Assembly: GCF_009914755.1 (NCBI RefSeq)
Contig: NC_060947.1
Direction: 5' to 3' (one strand)
DNA: 64,000 nucleotides
From: the human T2T-CHM13v2.0 reference genome, Homo sapiens
Shown: positions 24,466 through 38,900 of the stretch, piece by piece
Numbering within the stretch: position 1 is the first letter of the stretch
Layout of the letters: each line of letters opens with the position of its first letter
Notes under the pieces: generated by a model
What the model was told of the DNA's origin: nothing
The model's database searches: none
Seen by the model: the letters and a program-made list of their open reading frames with translations, nothing else
Position numbers and translations under genes: made by a program

Positions 24466-27229
24466 TTAGGTTGATTCCAAATCTTAACTATTGTGAACAG
24501 TGCTGCAACAATCCTCTCTCTCTGTCTCTCTCTGACTTCCTTTCTTTTTGGTATATATTCAACAGTGGAATTGCTGGATCCTCTGGTAGCTCTATTTTTA
24601 GTTTTTGTTTTTTTCTAAGAAACCTCCAAACTGTACTTCATAGTGTTTGTACTGGCTTACATTTCCAACAGTGAACAAGAGTTCCCTGTTCTCAACGTCC
24701 TTGCCATCATTTGGTAATGCCTGTCTTTTGGATGTAAGCCATTTTAACTGGGGTGAGATGATATCTCATTGTAGTTTTGATTTGCATTTCTCTGATAGTC
24801 AACAATATTGAGCACATTTTCATATGCCTGTTTCCCATTTGTATGTTTTCTTTGAAAAATGCCTACTCAAATTTTTTGCCCATTTGTGGTTCAGATTATT
24901 AGATTTTGTCCAATAGAGTTCTTTGAGCTCCTTATATATTCTGCTTATTAATTCCTTGTCAGATGGGTAGTTTACAAATATTTTCTCCCATTCTGTGGGT
25001 TGTCTCTTGACTTTGTTGATCGTATCCTTTGCTGTGCAGAAACTTTTCAACTTGTGATCTCATTTGTCCATTTGTGCTTTGGATGCAGGCACTTGTGGGG
25101 TATTGCTTGAGAAAGTCTGGTCAGACTAATGTCCTGGAGATTTTCCCCAATGTTTTCTTGTGCTAGTTTTATAGTTTGAGGTCTCAGATTTAAGTCTTTA
25201 ATCCACTTTGATTTGACTTTTGTATATGGTGAGATATTGAGGTTTAGTTTTATTCCTCTGCATACTGATATACAGTTTTCCCAGTGCCATTTGTTGAAGA
25301 GACTGTCTTTTCCCCAGTGTTTGTTCATGGCCCCTTTGTGGAAAATGAGTTTGCAAGTGTGTTGATTTGTTTCTGGGTTCTCTATTCTGCTTCATTGATC
25401 TATATGTCTGTTTTTATACAATTACAATGCTGTTTTGGTCACTATAGCTCTGTAGTATAATTTTAAGTTGGGTACTGTGATTTTTCCAGTTTTTTTTTTT
25501 TAATTTAGTATAGCTCTGGCTATTCTGGGTCTTTTGTGGTTTCATATAAATTTTAGGATTGTGATTTCTATTTCTGTGAAGAATATCCTTGGTATTTTGC
25601 TAAGGATTGTATTTAATCTGTAGATTGTTGTGGGCAATATGGACATTTAAATAATATTGATTCTTTTACTCCATTAACATGGAATATTTTTCCAATCTTG
25701 GTGTCCTCTTCAATTTCCTTCATCAGTGTTTTATAGCTTTCATTATAGAGGTCTTTCACTTCTTTGGTTAAGTTAATTCCTGGGTATTTCATATTCTTTG
25801 TGACTGTTGTAAATGGGATTATGTTTTCATTTCTTTTTCAGATTGTTTACTGTTGGCATATAGAAATGCTACTGATTTTTGTATGTTGATTTTGTATCCT
25901 ACAGCTTTACTGATTTTGTTTATCAGTTCTAACCGTTTTTTGGTGGAGTCTTTAGGTTTTCCCAAATATATGATCAAATCATCTGTGAGAAAGAATAATT
26001 TGACTTCTTCCATTTCAGTTTGGATACATTTTATTTCTCTTGTCAGATTGCTCTAGCTAGTACCTCCAGTACTGTGCTAAATAACAGTCATGAAAGTGGG
26101 CATCCTTGTCATGTTTCAGATCTTACAAGAAAGGCTTTTAGTTTTTTCCCATTCAGTATGATACAAGCTGTAGATCTTTCATATTTGGCTTTTATTATCT
26201 TGAAGTATGTTCCTTTTATTCTCAGTTTCTTGAAAGATTTTTTTATCATGGAGGGATGTTGAATATTATCAAATGCTGTGTCACTCTCAGTTGAAATGAT
26301 CATATGGTTTATGTTTAATGACCATATGGTTTATCCACTTTGTTGATATTATGTACCACACTGATTGATTTGTGTATGTAGAAACATCCTTGCATCCCAG
26401 GGATAAATCCCACTTGGTCATGATGAATGATCTGTCTAATGTATAGTTGAATTTGGTTTGCTAGAATTTTGTTGAGGATTTTTGCATCAATATTCATCAG
26501 AGATATTTGCCTGTAGTTTTTTTTTTTTTAATGTATCTGTGTCTGGTTTTGGTGTCTGGGTAATACCTGTTTGTAGAAACAGTGTGGAAGCATTCCTTCC
26601 TCCTCTGTTTTTTGTATAGTTTGAGTAGGATTGGTATTAGTTCTTCTTTAAATGTTTGGTAGAAACCCAGAAGTGAAGCCATCAGATCCTGGGCTTTTCT
26701 TTACTGGGAGACTTTTTATTACAGCTTCAATCTCTTTACTTGTTATTGGTCTATTCAGGTTTTGAATTTTTCCAGTTTGAAATTTGGTAGATTCTATGTA
26801 TGTAGGAATTTGACCATTTCTTCTAGATTTTTTACTTATTTATTAGCATATAGTTGCCCACTAATGATCCTCTGAATTTCTGCAGTATCAGTTTTAATGT
26901 CTCCTTTTATCTCTAAAGTTATTTATTTGGTTTTTTTCTTTGTTAGTCTGGATAAAGATTTGTCAGTTTTGTTTGGCTTTTCAAAAAAACCAACGTTTGT
27001 TGTATTCATCTTTTCTATTATTTTATTTCAATTTTTCTTATTTCTGCTCTGAGCTTTATTATTTCTATTCTTCTACTAATTTTGGGTTTGGCTTGCTCTT
27101 GCTTTTCTAGTTCTTTAAGACACATGATTAGATTGTTTATTTGAGGCTTTTCCTCTTTTTTCTGTAGGCACTTATAGCTATAAACTTCCCTCTTAGTCCT
27201 CTACCTTCTCTTTAAGGTCAATAACTCAT

Positions 27230-28375
27230 TTTATTTTACTTTAAGTTCTGGGATACATGTGCAGAATGTGCAGATTTGTTACATATGTATACATGTGCCA
27301 TGGTGGTTTGCTGCACCTATCAACCCATCATCTAGATTTTAAGCCCCACGTGCATTAGGTATTTGTCCTAATGCTATGCTCTCCCTCCCATTGCCCCCCA
27401 CCTCCCAACAGGCCCCAGTGTGTGATGTTCCCCTCCTTGTGTCCATGTGTTCTCATTGTTCAGCTCGCACTTATGGGTGAGAACATGTGGTGTTTGGTTT
27501 TCTGTTCCTGTGTTAGTTTGTTAAGAATGATGGTTTCCAGCTTCATCCATGTCCCTGAAAAGGACATGAACTCATTCTTTTTTATGGTTGCATAATATTC
27601 CATGGTGTATATGTGCCACATTTTCTTTATTCAGTCTATCATTGATGCGTATTTGGGTTGGTTCCAAGTCTTTGCTATTGTAAATATTGCTGAAATAAAC
27701 ATACGCATGCATGCGTCTTTATAGTAGAATGATTTATAATCCTTTGGGTATATTCCCAGTAATGGGATTGCTGGGATATTTCTGGTTCTAGATCCTTGAG
27801 GAATTGCCACACTGTCTTCCACAATGGTTGAACTAACTTATATTTCCACCAACAGTGTAAAAAGGTTCCTATTTCTCCACAGCCTCGCCACCATCTGTTG
27901 TTTCCTAACTTTTTAATGATCAACATTCTAACTGGCATAAGATGGTGTCTCACTGTGGTTTTGATTTGCATTTCTCTTATGACCAGTGATGATGAGCTTT
28001 TATTCATATGTTTGTTGGCTGCATAAAATATCTTCTTTTGAGAAGTGTCTGTTCATATCCTTCATCCACTTTTTGATTGGGTTGTTTTTTTCTTGTAAAT
28101 TTGTTTTAAGTTCCTTGCAGATTCTGGATATTAGACCTTTGTCAGATTGGTAGATTGCAAAAATTTTCTCCCATTCTATAGGTTGCCTGTTCACTCTGAT
28201 GATAGTTTCTTTTGCTGTGCAGAAACTGTTTACTTTAATTAGATCCCATTTGTCAATTTTCGCTTCTGTTGCAATTGCTTTTGGTGTTTTAGTCATGAAG
28301 TATTTGCCCATGCCCATGTCCTGAATGGTATTGCCTAAGTTTTCTTCAAGGGTTTTTATGGTTTTGGGTTTTATA
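27230..28375 (-). mobile_element. 5'-truncated L1PA8-like element
   Basis: L1PA7/8-type 3'UTR and ORF2 C-terminus (CGEIGTFLHCWW). TSD TTAAGGTCAATAACTC at 27212-27227 and TTAAGGTAATAACTC at 28376-28390. Confidence 0.92.
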
Positions 28376-31027
28376 TTAAGGTAATAACTCTTAGATTTTC
28401 CATCTTGAGGCTATTTTCTAGATTCTGTAGGCATGCTTGTTTTTCATTATGTTTTCTTTCATCTCCTCTGACTTTGTATTTTCAAGCAGCCTGTCTTCAA
28501 GCTCACTTATTCTTTCTTTTGGATGTTCAATTCTGCTATTAAAAGGCTCTGATGCATTTTTCAGTATGCCAATTGCATTTTTCAGCTCCAGAATTTCTGC
28601 TTGATTCTTAATTATTTCAACATATTTGTTAAATTTATTTGATGAAATTCTAAATTGTTTCTCTGTGTTTTCTTGAATTTCATTGAGTCAACTACAGCTA
28701 TTTTGAATTCTCTGTCTGAAAGGTCACATATGTCTTTTTTTCCTGGATTGGTCCCTGCTGTCTTATTTAGTTCACTGGGTGAGGTCATATTTATCTGGTT
28801 GGTGTTGATGCTAGTAGATATTCTTCAGTGTCTGGACATTGAAGAGCTAGGTATCTATTCCATTGTGGTCAGAGAAGAAGCTTCAAATTATTTCAATGTT
28901 TTAAGACTTGTTTTGTGCCCTAATATGTGGTCTATCCTTGAGAATGATACACGTGTTGATGACAGTAATGTGTATTCTGCCACCATAGGATGAAATGTTT
29001 TGTAAATGTCTATTGGGTCCATTTGGTTTATAGTGCAGATTAAGTCTAAAGTTTCTTCGTTGATTTTCTGTCTGGAAGATCTGTCCAAGGACTTGGGTGT
29101 TGTGATCTAAGCTGTGTCTGCTTTAGGAGGCACACCAAGCAAAGTAATGCTGTGGTCCTTCAGACTCATCAAGGTACTGCCTTGATGGTCTTGGATAAGT
29201 TCTGGGATAATTCTGTAGATTACCAGGTAGAAACACTTGTTCTCTTCCCTTACTTTCTCCCAAAGAAGCAAAGTCTCTCTCTCTGTTCTGAGCCACCTAA
29301 AGCTGGGCTGGTGTGACATAAGCACTCCTGTGGCCACCACCACTATGACTATGCTGGGTCATACCTGAAGCTAGTACAGTGCTGGATCTCACCCAAGGCC
29401 TGCCATAACCACTTCCTGGCAACTGTCTATTTTCCCTCAAGGCCCTGAGGCTCTACAATCAGAAAGTGGCAAAGTCAGCCAGGCTTGTGTTCTTCCCTTT
29501 AGAGTGGCATCTTCCCCGGTCCCCAGGTGGGCCCAGATGTGCTGTCCAGTAGTCAGGATCTAGAGTCCAAAACCTTAGAAGTCTACTTGGTGTTCTATCT
29601 TACTGTGGCTGAGCTCACACACCAAACACAAGAAGCAGTCTTTCCTACTCTTTCCTTCCCTTTGCAAAGGCACAGGAGCCTCATCCCATAGACACTGCCA
29701 TCACAGAGCATGAGGAGTACTGCCAGACTACTGCCAATGTTCCTTTAAGGCCCAAAGGCTCTTAAATTATGTTGGGGTGAATGCTGCCTGACCTAGACCT
29801 TATCCTTCAGGGCAGTGGGCTTCCCTCCAGCTCAGGACAGGTCCAGAAAGGCCATCCAAAAGTCAAGGGATCCCAAGAGCCTGATTGGTGTTCTACTCCC
29901 CTGTGGCTGTGCTGGTAGCTAATGTTCAAGACAAAGTCTCCCTTACTTTTCTGTCTGCTTTTCTCAGGCAGAACGAGTTTTGCCCTATAGACACTACAAC
30001 TGGGAATGTGTTGAGTCTCACCTGAAGCCAACAAGACTCAGAGGCTCACCCAAGGTCCTTGATGTGGTACCTGAGTATCGCTGCTCAATATTTTGGGTCC
30101 AATGGCTCTTCAGTTAGCAAGAGATGAATGGTGCCAGGACTGGGTGTTTTCCTTCAAAGCAACGGGTTCCCTCTGGCCCAGGGTGTGTCTAAAAATGTTA
30201 TCTAGGAGCTAGGGCCTGGAACACGGGCCTCATGATTCTGACCAGTGCCCTATCCTGCTGTGGCTGAGCTGGTACCTAAGATGCAAGACAAAGTCCTCCC
30301 CACTCTTCTCTCTCCTCTCCTCAAGCAGAAAGAAGGGATCACTTTTGGAGCTGTGAGCTGTGCCACCTGAGGATAGGAGAGGGGAGATGGCAACACTTTT
30401 TAGCTGCCCCAGCTGGTGTCTCAGTAAGTCATGTGATTTCCCCCCCTTCACTGTCTTGGGCCTAGGTCAAGACTAGAACTCACCTAAGATTTGCAGTCCT
30501 TCTGGCCTAGGCTGCTTTTCAAGTTTACATAGAGACCCAGAACACTTTAGCTCTCAGTGGCAAGGCTTGTGGCAACTCAAGTTCTGACTGCTGGGATTAG
30601 TGATTCCTCTCTGGCTGGGGCTGTTTTAAATGCTCCCTCTGTGAGCAGGCATCAGCTGAGTTTGCTCCTGTTTTCATTTTTGCTCCAACAGAACAGCACT
30701 GAGTTTAATGCCTCATGATTACTGTGCTCTTCCTCTCTCAAGGCCCAGAGATGCTCTCCATACCACACTGCTGGGGCTGGCATGGGGTGAGAGGGTGGAA
30801 AGGTTGCTTGGGGATGGAGGGTTGGCATCAGTGATTCAAGACTGTTTTTTTTCTATCTCTTAAGTGCCTCTTTCAAGGATATGAAGTTAATACCAGGTAC
30901 TATGAGCACTCACCTGATTTTTGGTTCTTATGAAGGTGCTTTTTCTGTATAGACAGTTCTTAACTTGGTGTCTTTGTAAAGAAGATGATTGGTGGAGCTT
31001 TCTATTCTGCCATCTTGCTGTGCCTCT

Positions 31028-31227
31028 GGTCTATTTTATTAAGGCCCTCAATTGATTGGATCCGGTCCACCCACGTTATGGAAGGTAATCTGCTTTACTC
31101 AGAGTCCACTGATTTGAATGTTAATGCCATATGAAAAACACCTTCACAGAAACATCTAGAATTATGTTTGACCAAATATCTGGGTACCATGATCCAGCCA
31201 AGCTGTCATACAAAATTAACCATCACA
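31028..31227 (-). mobile_element. MLT2 (C/D-like) ERVL LTR, first ~200 bp only
   Basis: gtaatctgctttactca...tgtttgaccaaatatctgggtacc...aaaattaaccatcaca terminus. Confidence 0.88.
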
Positions 31228-31404
31228 TCTACTTAGTTTTAAAGTTCTGAAATTCTTCATACTTAAATCTCTGAGTTTGCTACTTAAATAAGAGGCATCA
31301 AACTACTTGATATAATTAACTAGAATTAAAAATATAGCATAGAAGCATTAATGAAACTCCCTTTAAGACATGTTCTATAACCTCACATTAGAACAGCAAT
31401 GTTT

Positions 31405-32240
31405 CAATTCATTCAACAAAATATTTTCAACCATCTAAAACCTGCCAATGCAACATCATGCTGTACATGGAAGATGATATGGAGAGCATAAACAAGCATG
31501 GCACCTGCCCTCATGGTATTATAGTTTGGTAAGCTGATGTAACCAGATATCAACTAAAGGTTCACATAAATAAATGTAAAGTTACAACTGGAATGAATGC
31601 TAAGATGTATACAGTACTTCGGAATCTTTTTATGAGACTTCTGTCTGAATGATTCGAAAGCAACATTTGAGCTGAGATATGATGGTTGATGAGACATTAA
31701 CTAGGCAAAAGCTTTGAAGAAACTAGTGTGTGGTACCACCTGTATTGGGAGGAAACATGGTGAATATGAGTGTCTGAGAGAAGGCTAGTGTAGTTAGGAA
31801 AAAGCAAGACATGATTCAAATAATGTAGATGTATTTACGGACAGAACCATCAGAAGTCTTGATGAGCATATTAAGGAATCTTGCCTTAACCCTAAGCATT
31901 AAAGGAAAACACTAAAGATTTTTAAGCAAGAGGTAAACATCAGCAGATTTTCTTTCAAACACTTCATTCTGACTGTGGAGAACAGATGGAAGGGAGTGGA
32001 AAATGGATGGAAATTAAACCAATTAATAAGTTATTAATTTTTAAAGCAAAAGAAAATGAAAGCTTAGATTAAGGAGGTGATAGAGATGGAAAGAAGTAGA
32101 TGTATTGGAGAGATGTTCAAGTTGGTTCAATGATATACTGTAATATGGAGTGAAGGAGAGAACATTTGAATATGTGGTCTTGAAGTTCAGGGGAGAGGTT
32201 TGTTCTGGAAATATGTAATTTTGAGTAACTTTCCTATAAG
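31405..32240 (-). mobile_element. LINE-2 3' region
   Basis: attcattcaacaaa tail, cctgccctcatgg, acatttgagctgaga, gatttttaagcaag, gaagttcaggggagagg. Confidence 0.85.
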
Positions 32241-32924
32241 TGGAAAATATTTCAGCAGTTTTTGACCTCTTCATTTTCTTGATCAGAAAAATCAAGAAAT
32301 AGGTGGATTGACTTTTCCAAAGTTATATAGCTTAAAGTAAACTGCCTACATTGAGACTCCAGGTATTTTTAATCCATAGATTGCAATTAAGCACAGACAC
32401 ACACACACAATCCATATGGTTTCACTTTAGGAATCTGGATCATACTGCAGGTGTGAATAAATTTAAAATAATTTTTTCACTAGGAGTGAATGATAACATT
32501 AAGAGTATAATGCTTATTTTTATAAGGTAACATACTAATTCTATACTGAGTTTACTGAGCTATATAGTAGACAGAAACCTCCTAATATAAAAACTGTATG
32601 GTCTTTTTAAATGCCACTCAAATAACCGTGTGACTAACTTTGGAATTAGGATGTTTAAATGAAAACACAAGTCATTTCACATATTCTGATGTAAATTAGT
32701 CCCAGGGGAAATCTCTTCAAATGGAATTTTTAAGGTTTCTTTGAACTGACTCCTATAATTTCCCAGGGGAGAAAAAATGAATAACAATCTACCTATGAAA
32801 GAGTTATTTAATTATACCCCCATATGCCCAATATCTTGATTTACATAATTTATTTTGAGATGCAAGGCCTGTTCTTTTCCTTAGCCTGAAAATATAATCA
32901 CATTTTAAATTCCACTCTTTTAAT

Positions 32925-34250
32925 ATCCATAAATGTGTTGGCTATTTGCTCAGTACCAAGTATTGTGTTAGGTATTGTGGGTAATTACAACTACAAAACA
33001 AAACAAAAGCTTATGTCATGATTCTTGCACTTCATGTATATTCAAACTTATTGAGACTAGACTTTGATTAAAACTTAACAACAATATGTAAGTATTCTAA
33101 AATTTAATAAATGATATTGACTATCAATTATATTGAAATTCCCAGAAGGAAGATTAACCACTCTTGTCTAGTAATTTGGATAGCTTCATGAAGAAAGAGG
33201 GACTTGAGCTAGGTAGTAAAAGAGAGAGAATTGGAAATTTTTATCTCATTGTCTTCTTGCCCTTATATTTTGAACAGAACCTAGCTCATCCATAATCCCT
33301 GCCACCATATTTTGTTCTACATGTTTCCTATGCCCTTCACCATACCAGCTACGTGGTTGCCTATCTGACCCATGAACAATCAATCCAAGGACTGTTCAGT
33401 GACCCATATCGTAGGCTGACACAAAGAAATCAGCAGGGCCAACCAGATTCCTGGTTTCTAAATTTTCACTTAAGAATACTGACAGATTGAAATGTTAGCA
33501 GAGGAAATCTTGACATATATAGGATAGAGAGGCTATGATAACCATTTCCAAGCCTGTCTTATAAGGAAGTAGGAAATGTGAGGGGGCAGAAAATTTGAAG
33601 AAGCAGAAAAGTCTATTTGGTAGAGAGAAGAAAGAAAAGAAGAGTAAATGCACAGAGTGAGATTTAAAGTAGGAAATCAGAACTGGAAAGACCATTATGG
33701 CCCATAAGAGAAAAACAGAGGATAGCCAATTTTCAGAGCTTCCTCAGTTACTAGTGGCTTCCAAGTTAAAATTTTAGTTTTAGTACACATATTTCCTTAC
33801 GATAAATTTCCTCACTACCTTATTGATATTACTTAGACTAGCTGCATTTATTGCAGTATAAAGAACCAAATTAAAATAGAAAATTTCTATTCAGATAAGT
33901 ATAGAAGTTGGGTGTATTTCAAATAGGAGGGTATAATATAAACCAATGTATGCAGGAATAGGAATATAGTATGTTAGAGGGACTGGTAACATGATAACAT
34001 TGGCAAAAGTTATAAGTGTGAGTTGAAGGAGTGATAACATAAGATTAGCTATATAGGATGGGCCCAAATTCTAGTATCCTTGCAAAATAAGTTGAATAAT
34101 TTGGTTGAAATCTTGGATGTTGTGATAGTCAACATCCAAGTGATACAGTAAATGCAGTGTTGGAAGAAGGGTAATTTAAAAGATAAATTAATTGGAGCAA
34201 TGGCACTAGCTTGGAAACTACTGCAGGAATTCAGGGATGAGGTAAGGCAC
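32925..34250 (-). mobile_element. Degraded LINE-2 interrupted at ~33250-33878
   Basis: agtattgtgttaggtattgtggg and gcttcatgaagaaagagggacttgagctagg; purine-rich continuation after 33880. Confidence 0.55.
33250..33878 (+). mobile_element. Ancient ERVL-type LTR (LTR33-like), tentative
   Basis: ctgacccatgaacaatcaatc and gggccaaccagattc motifs, plus an LTR33-like end ttgcagtataaagaaccaaattaaaata. Confidence 0.4.
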
Positions 34251-35615
34251 GGGCCATAATGACAAACATACAGCAGGCATTCCACTATCCCTCATTCCTA
34301 TGCCCATTCTGTGCATTGTTTTTTGCTTATGGCACTCTATCTAATCTGTTGAACATGGTTTAACTGTAATGTAAACTTAAGAGTAAAAAAAGTTTGATAA
34401 TGCTGAAAAGAAAATAACATCTTTTTTATTACCTTTCCAAAAATACTATTGTCAATATAAGCCTTATAAAACCTCCAAATTTGTTTTTTACTAGAAATTC
34501 CATAAAGATATTAATTAATTAATTTTATGGAGAAATGCTTGGCTTAGTTGCTGCAGAATTCTTCCCAAATTTCAAGTTTATGTATTGCATAGTAACTGAT
34601 TGTGGTAAACAAAGCTCAGACCAATTTTTTAGCATAGGGATGCTGCAAGTGTATTCCTAAGACAAGAGGCCTTAATTTTCTTGGCACTTGTTACTATGTA
34701 GTGAGCTTTTCAGAATAAAGTCTAGAGCTATGTGGACACTTTGGAGCTCTGATGAAACATAGATAGCGATAGCTTTACAAAATTCTTATTACATTCACCA
34801 GGGTGAGAATATTATGGAATTGTTGCACTCTGTAATATACTGCTCACTGTCTTTTGTCAATAAGAGAATCTTTAATCCAGGCACTCTTTAAAAATATCCT
34901 ATATTTTCCCAAGAAGAGGTATGCAAATGAAATGTCACTAAATCTAAAGCATATTTTCCCACTTATTACTGCTTTCTTGCATCCCATATTTTTTTCTTTT
35001 TAATTTTTAAGTTGTATGGGTACATAATAACTGTATGTATGGAGTACATAATATATATTGATACAGGAATACAATGCATAATAATTACATCAGGGTAAAT
35101 GGGCTTTCCATCACCTTAAGCATTTATCTTTTTGTTACAAACATACTAAATATACCCTTTTAGTTATATTGAAATGTACAATAAATTATTGATGACTATA
35201 ATCACCCTGTTGTGCAATCAAATACTACATCTTATTCATTGTACGTAACAATATTTTTGTGCCCATTAACCATCTCCACTTCTTCCTATCCCACTACCCT
35301 TCTCAACAGCTGGTAATGATCATTCTACTCTGTATCTCCATGAGTTCAATTGTTTTAATTTGAAGCCCCCACAAATGAGTGAGAACATGCAAAGTTTGTC
35401 TCTCTGTGCTTGGCTTATTTCAGTTAACATAATGTCCTCCAGTTCCATTCATGTTGTTGTAAATGACAGAATTTCATTTTTATGAAGCATTTCATTTTTA
35501 CGAGCTGAATAGTACTCCATTGTGTGTATGTTCCACATTTTCTTTGTTCATTCGTCTGTCGATGGACATTTACGTTGCTTTCAAATTTTGGCTATTGTGA
35601 ATAGTGCTGCAATAA

Positions 35616-35962
<347 letters not shown>

Positions 35963-38900
35963 TGATTTCCTTTCTTTTGAGTCCATATCTAGCAGTGGGA
36001 TTGCTAGATTATATGACAGTTCTATATTTAGTTTATTGTGAAACCTCAATAATGTTTTCCAAGTGGCTGTGCTAATTTGCATTCCCACAAACAGTGTACA
36101 AGGATTCCCTTTTCTTATTGCCTCATCAGCATTTGTTATTGCCTGTCTTTTGAATAAAAACCATTTTAATTGGGCTGAGATGATATCTCACTATAGTTTT
36201 GATTTGTATTTCTTTCATGATCAGTGATGTTGGGCAACTTCTCATATACCTGTTTGCTATTTTTATTTGTATACTTTTATTTCTTCATCTTATTTATATA
36301 TTTATTTTCATTTTTAATTTTTGTGGTTATATAGTAGTGTGTATTTGTGGGGTACATGATACGTTTTGATACAGGCATGCAAAATGAAATAATCACATCA
36401 TGAAGATATGGTGTATCCATGCCCTCAAGCATTTATCATTTCTATTCCAAACAATTCAATTACACTCTTTTAGTTATTTTTAAATGTACAATTAAGTTAT
36501 AATTGACTACAGTCACCCTGTTGTGCAATCAAATAGTATGTCTTATTCTTTCTATTTTTTGTTCCTCTTAACCATCCTGACCTGCCCCTAGTCCCCCACT
36601 ATCCATCCCAGCCTCTAGTAATAATCCTTCTATTCTCTATACCCATGATTGTTTTGATTTATCACATGATTTATCACATGATTATTTGATTTATCACAAA
36701 TAAATGAGAACATGTGATGTTTGTCTTTCTGTGCCTAGCTTATTTCACTTAACGTAATGATCTCCAGTCCCATCCATGTTGTTGCAAATTACAATATCTC
36801 ATTCTTTTTTATGGCTGACTAGTACTTTATTGTGTATATGTACCACATTTTTTTTACTCATTCGTCTGTTGATGGACGCTTAGATTGATTCCAAATCTTA
36901 GTTATTGTGAACGGTGCTGCAACAAACATGCAAGTGCAGATATGTCTTCAATATACTGATTTCTTTCTTTTGGGTGTATACCCAGCAGTAGGATTGCTGT
37001 ATCGTAGGGTAGTTCAATTTTTAGTTTTTTGAGGATCATCCAAACCATTCTTCATAGTAGTTGTACTGATATACATTCCCACCAACAGTATATGAGGGTT
37101 TTCTTTTCTCCACAGTCTCAGCAGCATTTGTTATTGTCTTTTGTATATAAGCCATTCCAACTTGGGTGAGATGATATGCCATTGTAGTTTTGATTTGCAT
37201 TTATCTGATGATCAATGATGTTGCCATTTACATGTCTTCTTGTGAGAAATGTCTTTTCAAATCTTTTGCCCATTTTCGGATCTGATTATTAGATTTGATC
37301 TTATAGAGTTGTTTGAGCTCCTTATATATTCAGGTTAATAATCCCTTGTCAGATGGGTAGTTTGTAAATATTTTCTCCCATCCTGTGGGTTGTCTTTTCA
37401 CTTTTTTTATTGTATCCTTTCTTTGCAGAAGCTTTTCAACTTCATGTGATCCTATTTGTCCATTGTTCCTTTGGTTGCCTGTGCTTGTATTGTTCAAGAA
37501 ATTTGTGCCAAGACCAATATCCTGATGAGTTTCACTGATGTTTTCTTGTAGTAGATTCATAATTTGAGGACTTACATTTAAGTTTATAATCCATTTTGAT
37601 TTGATTTTTGTATACGGTGAGAGATAGGGGTCAACTTTCATTCTGCTGCCTATTGATATCCAGTTTTCCCAGAACCATATATTGAAGTGGTTATCTTTTC
37701 CCCAGTGTTCTTGGCACCTTTGTCGAAAATAAGTTCACTGTAGGTGTGCAAATTTGTTTCTGAATTTTATGTTCTATTCCATTGGTCTACATGTTTGTTT
37801 TTATGCCATTGCCATGTTGTTTTGGCTACTATAGGTCTTAGTATAACTAGAAATCAGGTAATGTGATTCCTCCAGTTTTGTTCTATTTGCTTAAAATAGC
37901 TTTGGCTATTCTGGGTCTTGTGGTTCCATATAAATTTTAGGATTGTTTTTTCTATTTCTGTGAAGAATATCATTTGTATTTTGATAGGGGTTGCACTGAA
38001 TCTGTAAAATGCTTTGGATAGTATAGACATTTTAACAATATTGATTATTTCAATCGATGAACATGGAATATCTTTCCACTTTTTGGTGTCATCATCAATT
38101 TCTTTCATCAATGTTTTATAGTTTTTGTTGTAGAGATCACTTACTTCTTTGGTTAAGTTAATTTATGTTTGCAATACTATTTGTGGCCTTCAAAAATGAG
38201 ATTATTTTTCTGATTTCTTTTTCAGATTGTTCACTGTTGGCATACAGAAATGCTACTGATTTTTGTTTTGTATCCTACAACTTTATTGAATTTCTTTATT
38301 GATTGTAATAGTGGTTTTTTTTTTTTTTTTGGTGGAGTCTTTAGGTTTTTCCAAGTGTAAGATTATATCATCTGCAAACAAGGATAATTTGATCTTTTCC
38401 TTTCCAAATTGTGTGCCCTTTATTTTGTTCTCTTGTCTGATTGCTCTAGCTAGGACTTCCAGTACTATGTTGAAAAACAGTGGTGAAAGTGGGCATCCTT
38501 GTCATGTTCTTAGAAGAAAGGTTTTCACTTTTTTTCCCATTCAGTATGATACTAGCTGTCATATATGACTTTTATTATGTTGGGGGTATGTTCCTTCTAT
38601 GTACCCAGTTTTTTGAGGGTTTATATCATGATGTTGAATTTTATCAAATGCTTTTTCAGCATCAATAAAATGATCATACGGGTTTTTTCCCCTTCATTCT
38701 GTTGATACGATTTATTACATTGATTGATCTGTGTGTGTTGATGCATCTTTACATCTCAGGGATAAATCCCACTTGGTCATGAGGAATGATCTTTTTAATG
38801 TATTGTTGAATTCTGTTTGATAGTATTTTGATGAGGACAGTTGCATCAATATTAACTTGTAGTTTTCTTTTTTTGATGTGTCTTCATCTGGTTTTTGCAG

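Noticed and set aside
24820-28317. RT and C-terminal-like peptides suggesting an active reverse transcriptase
   Set aside because: They are short, frameshifted fragments of dead L1 ORF2 copies.
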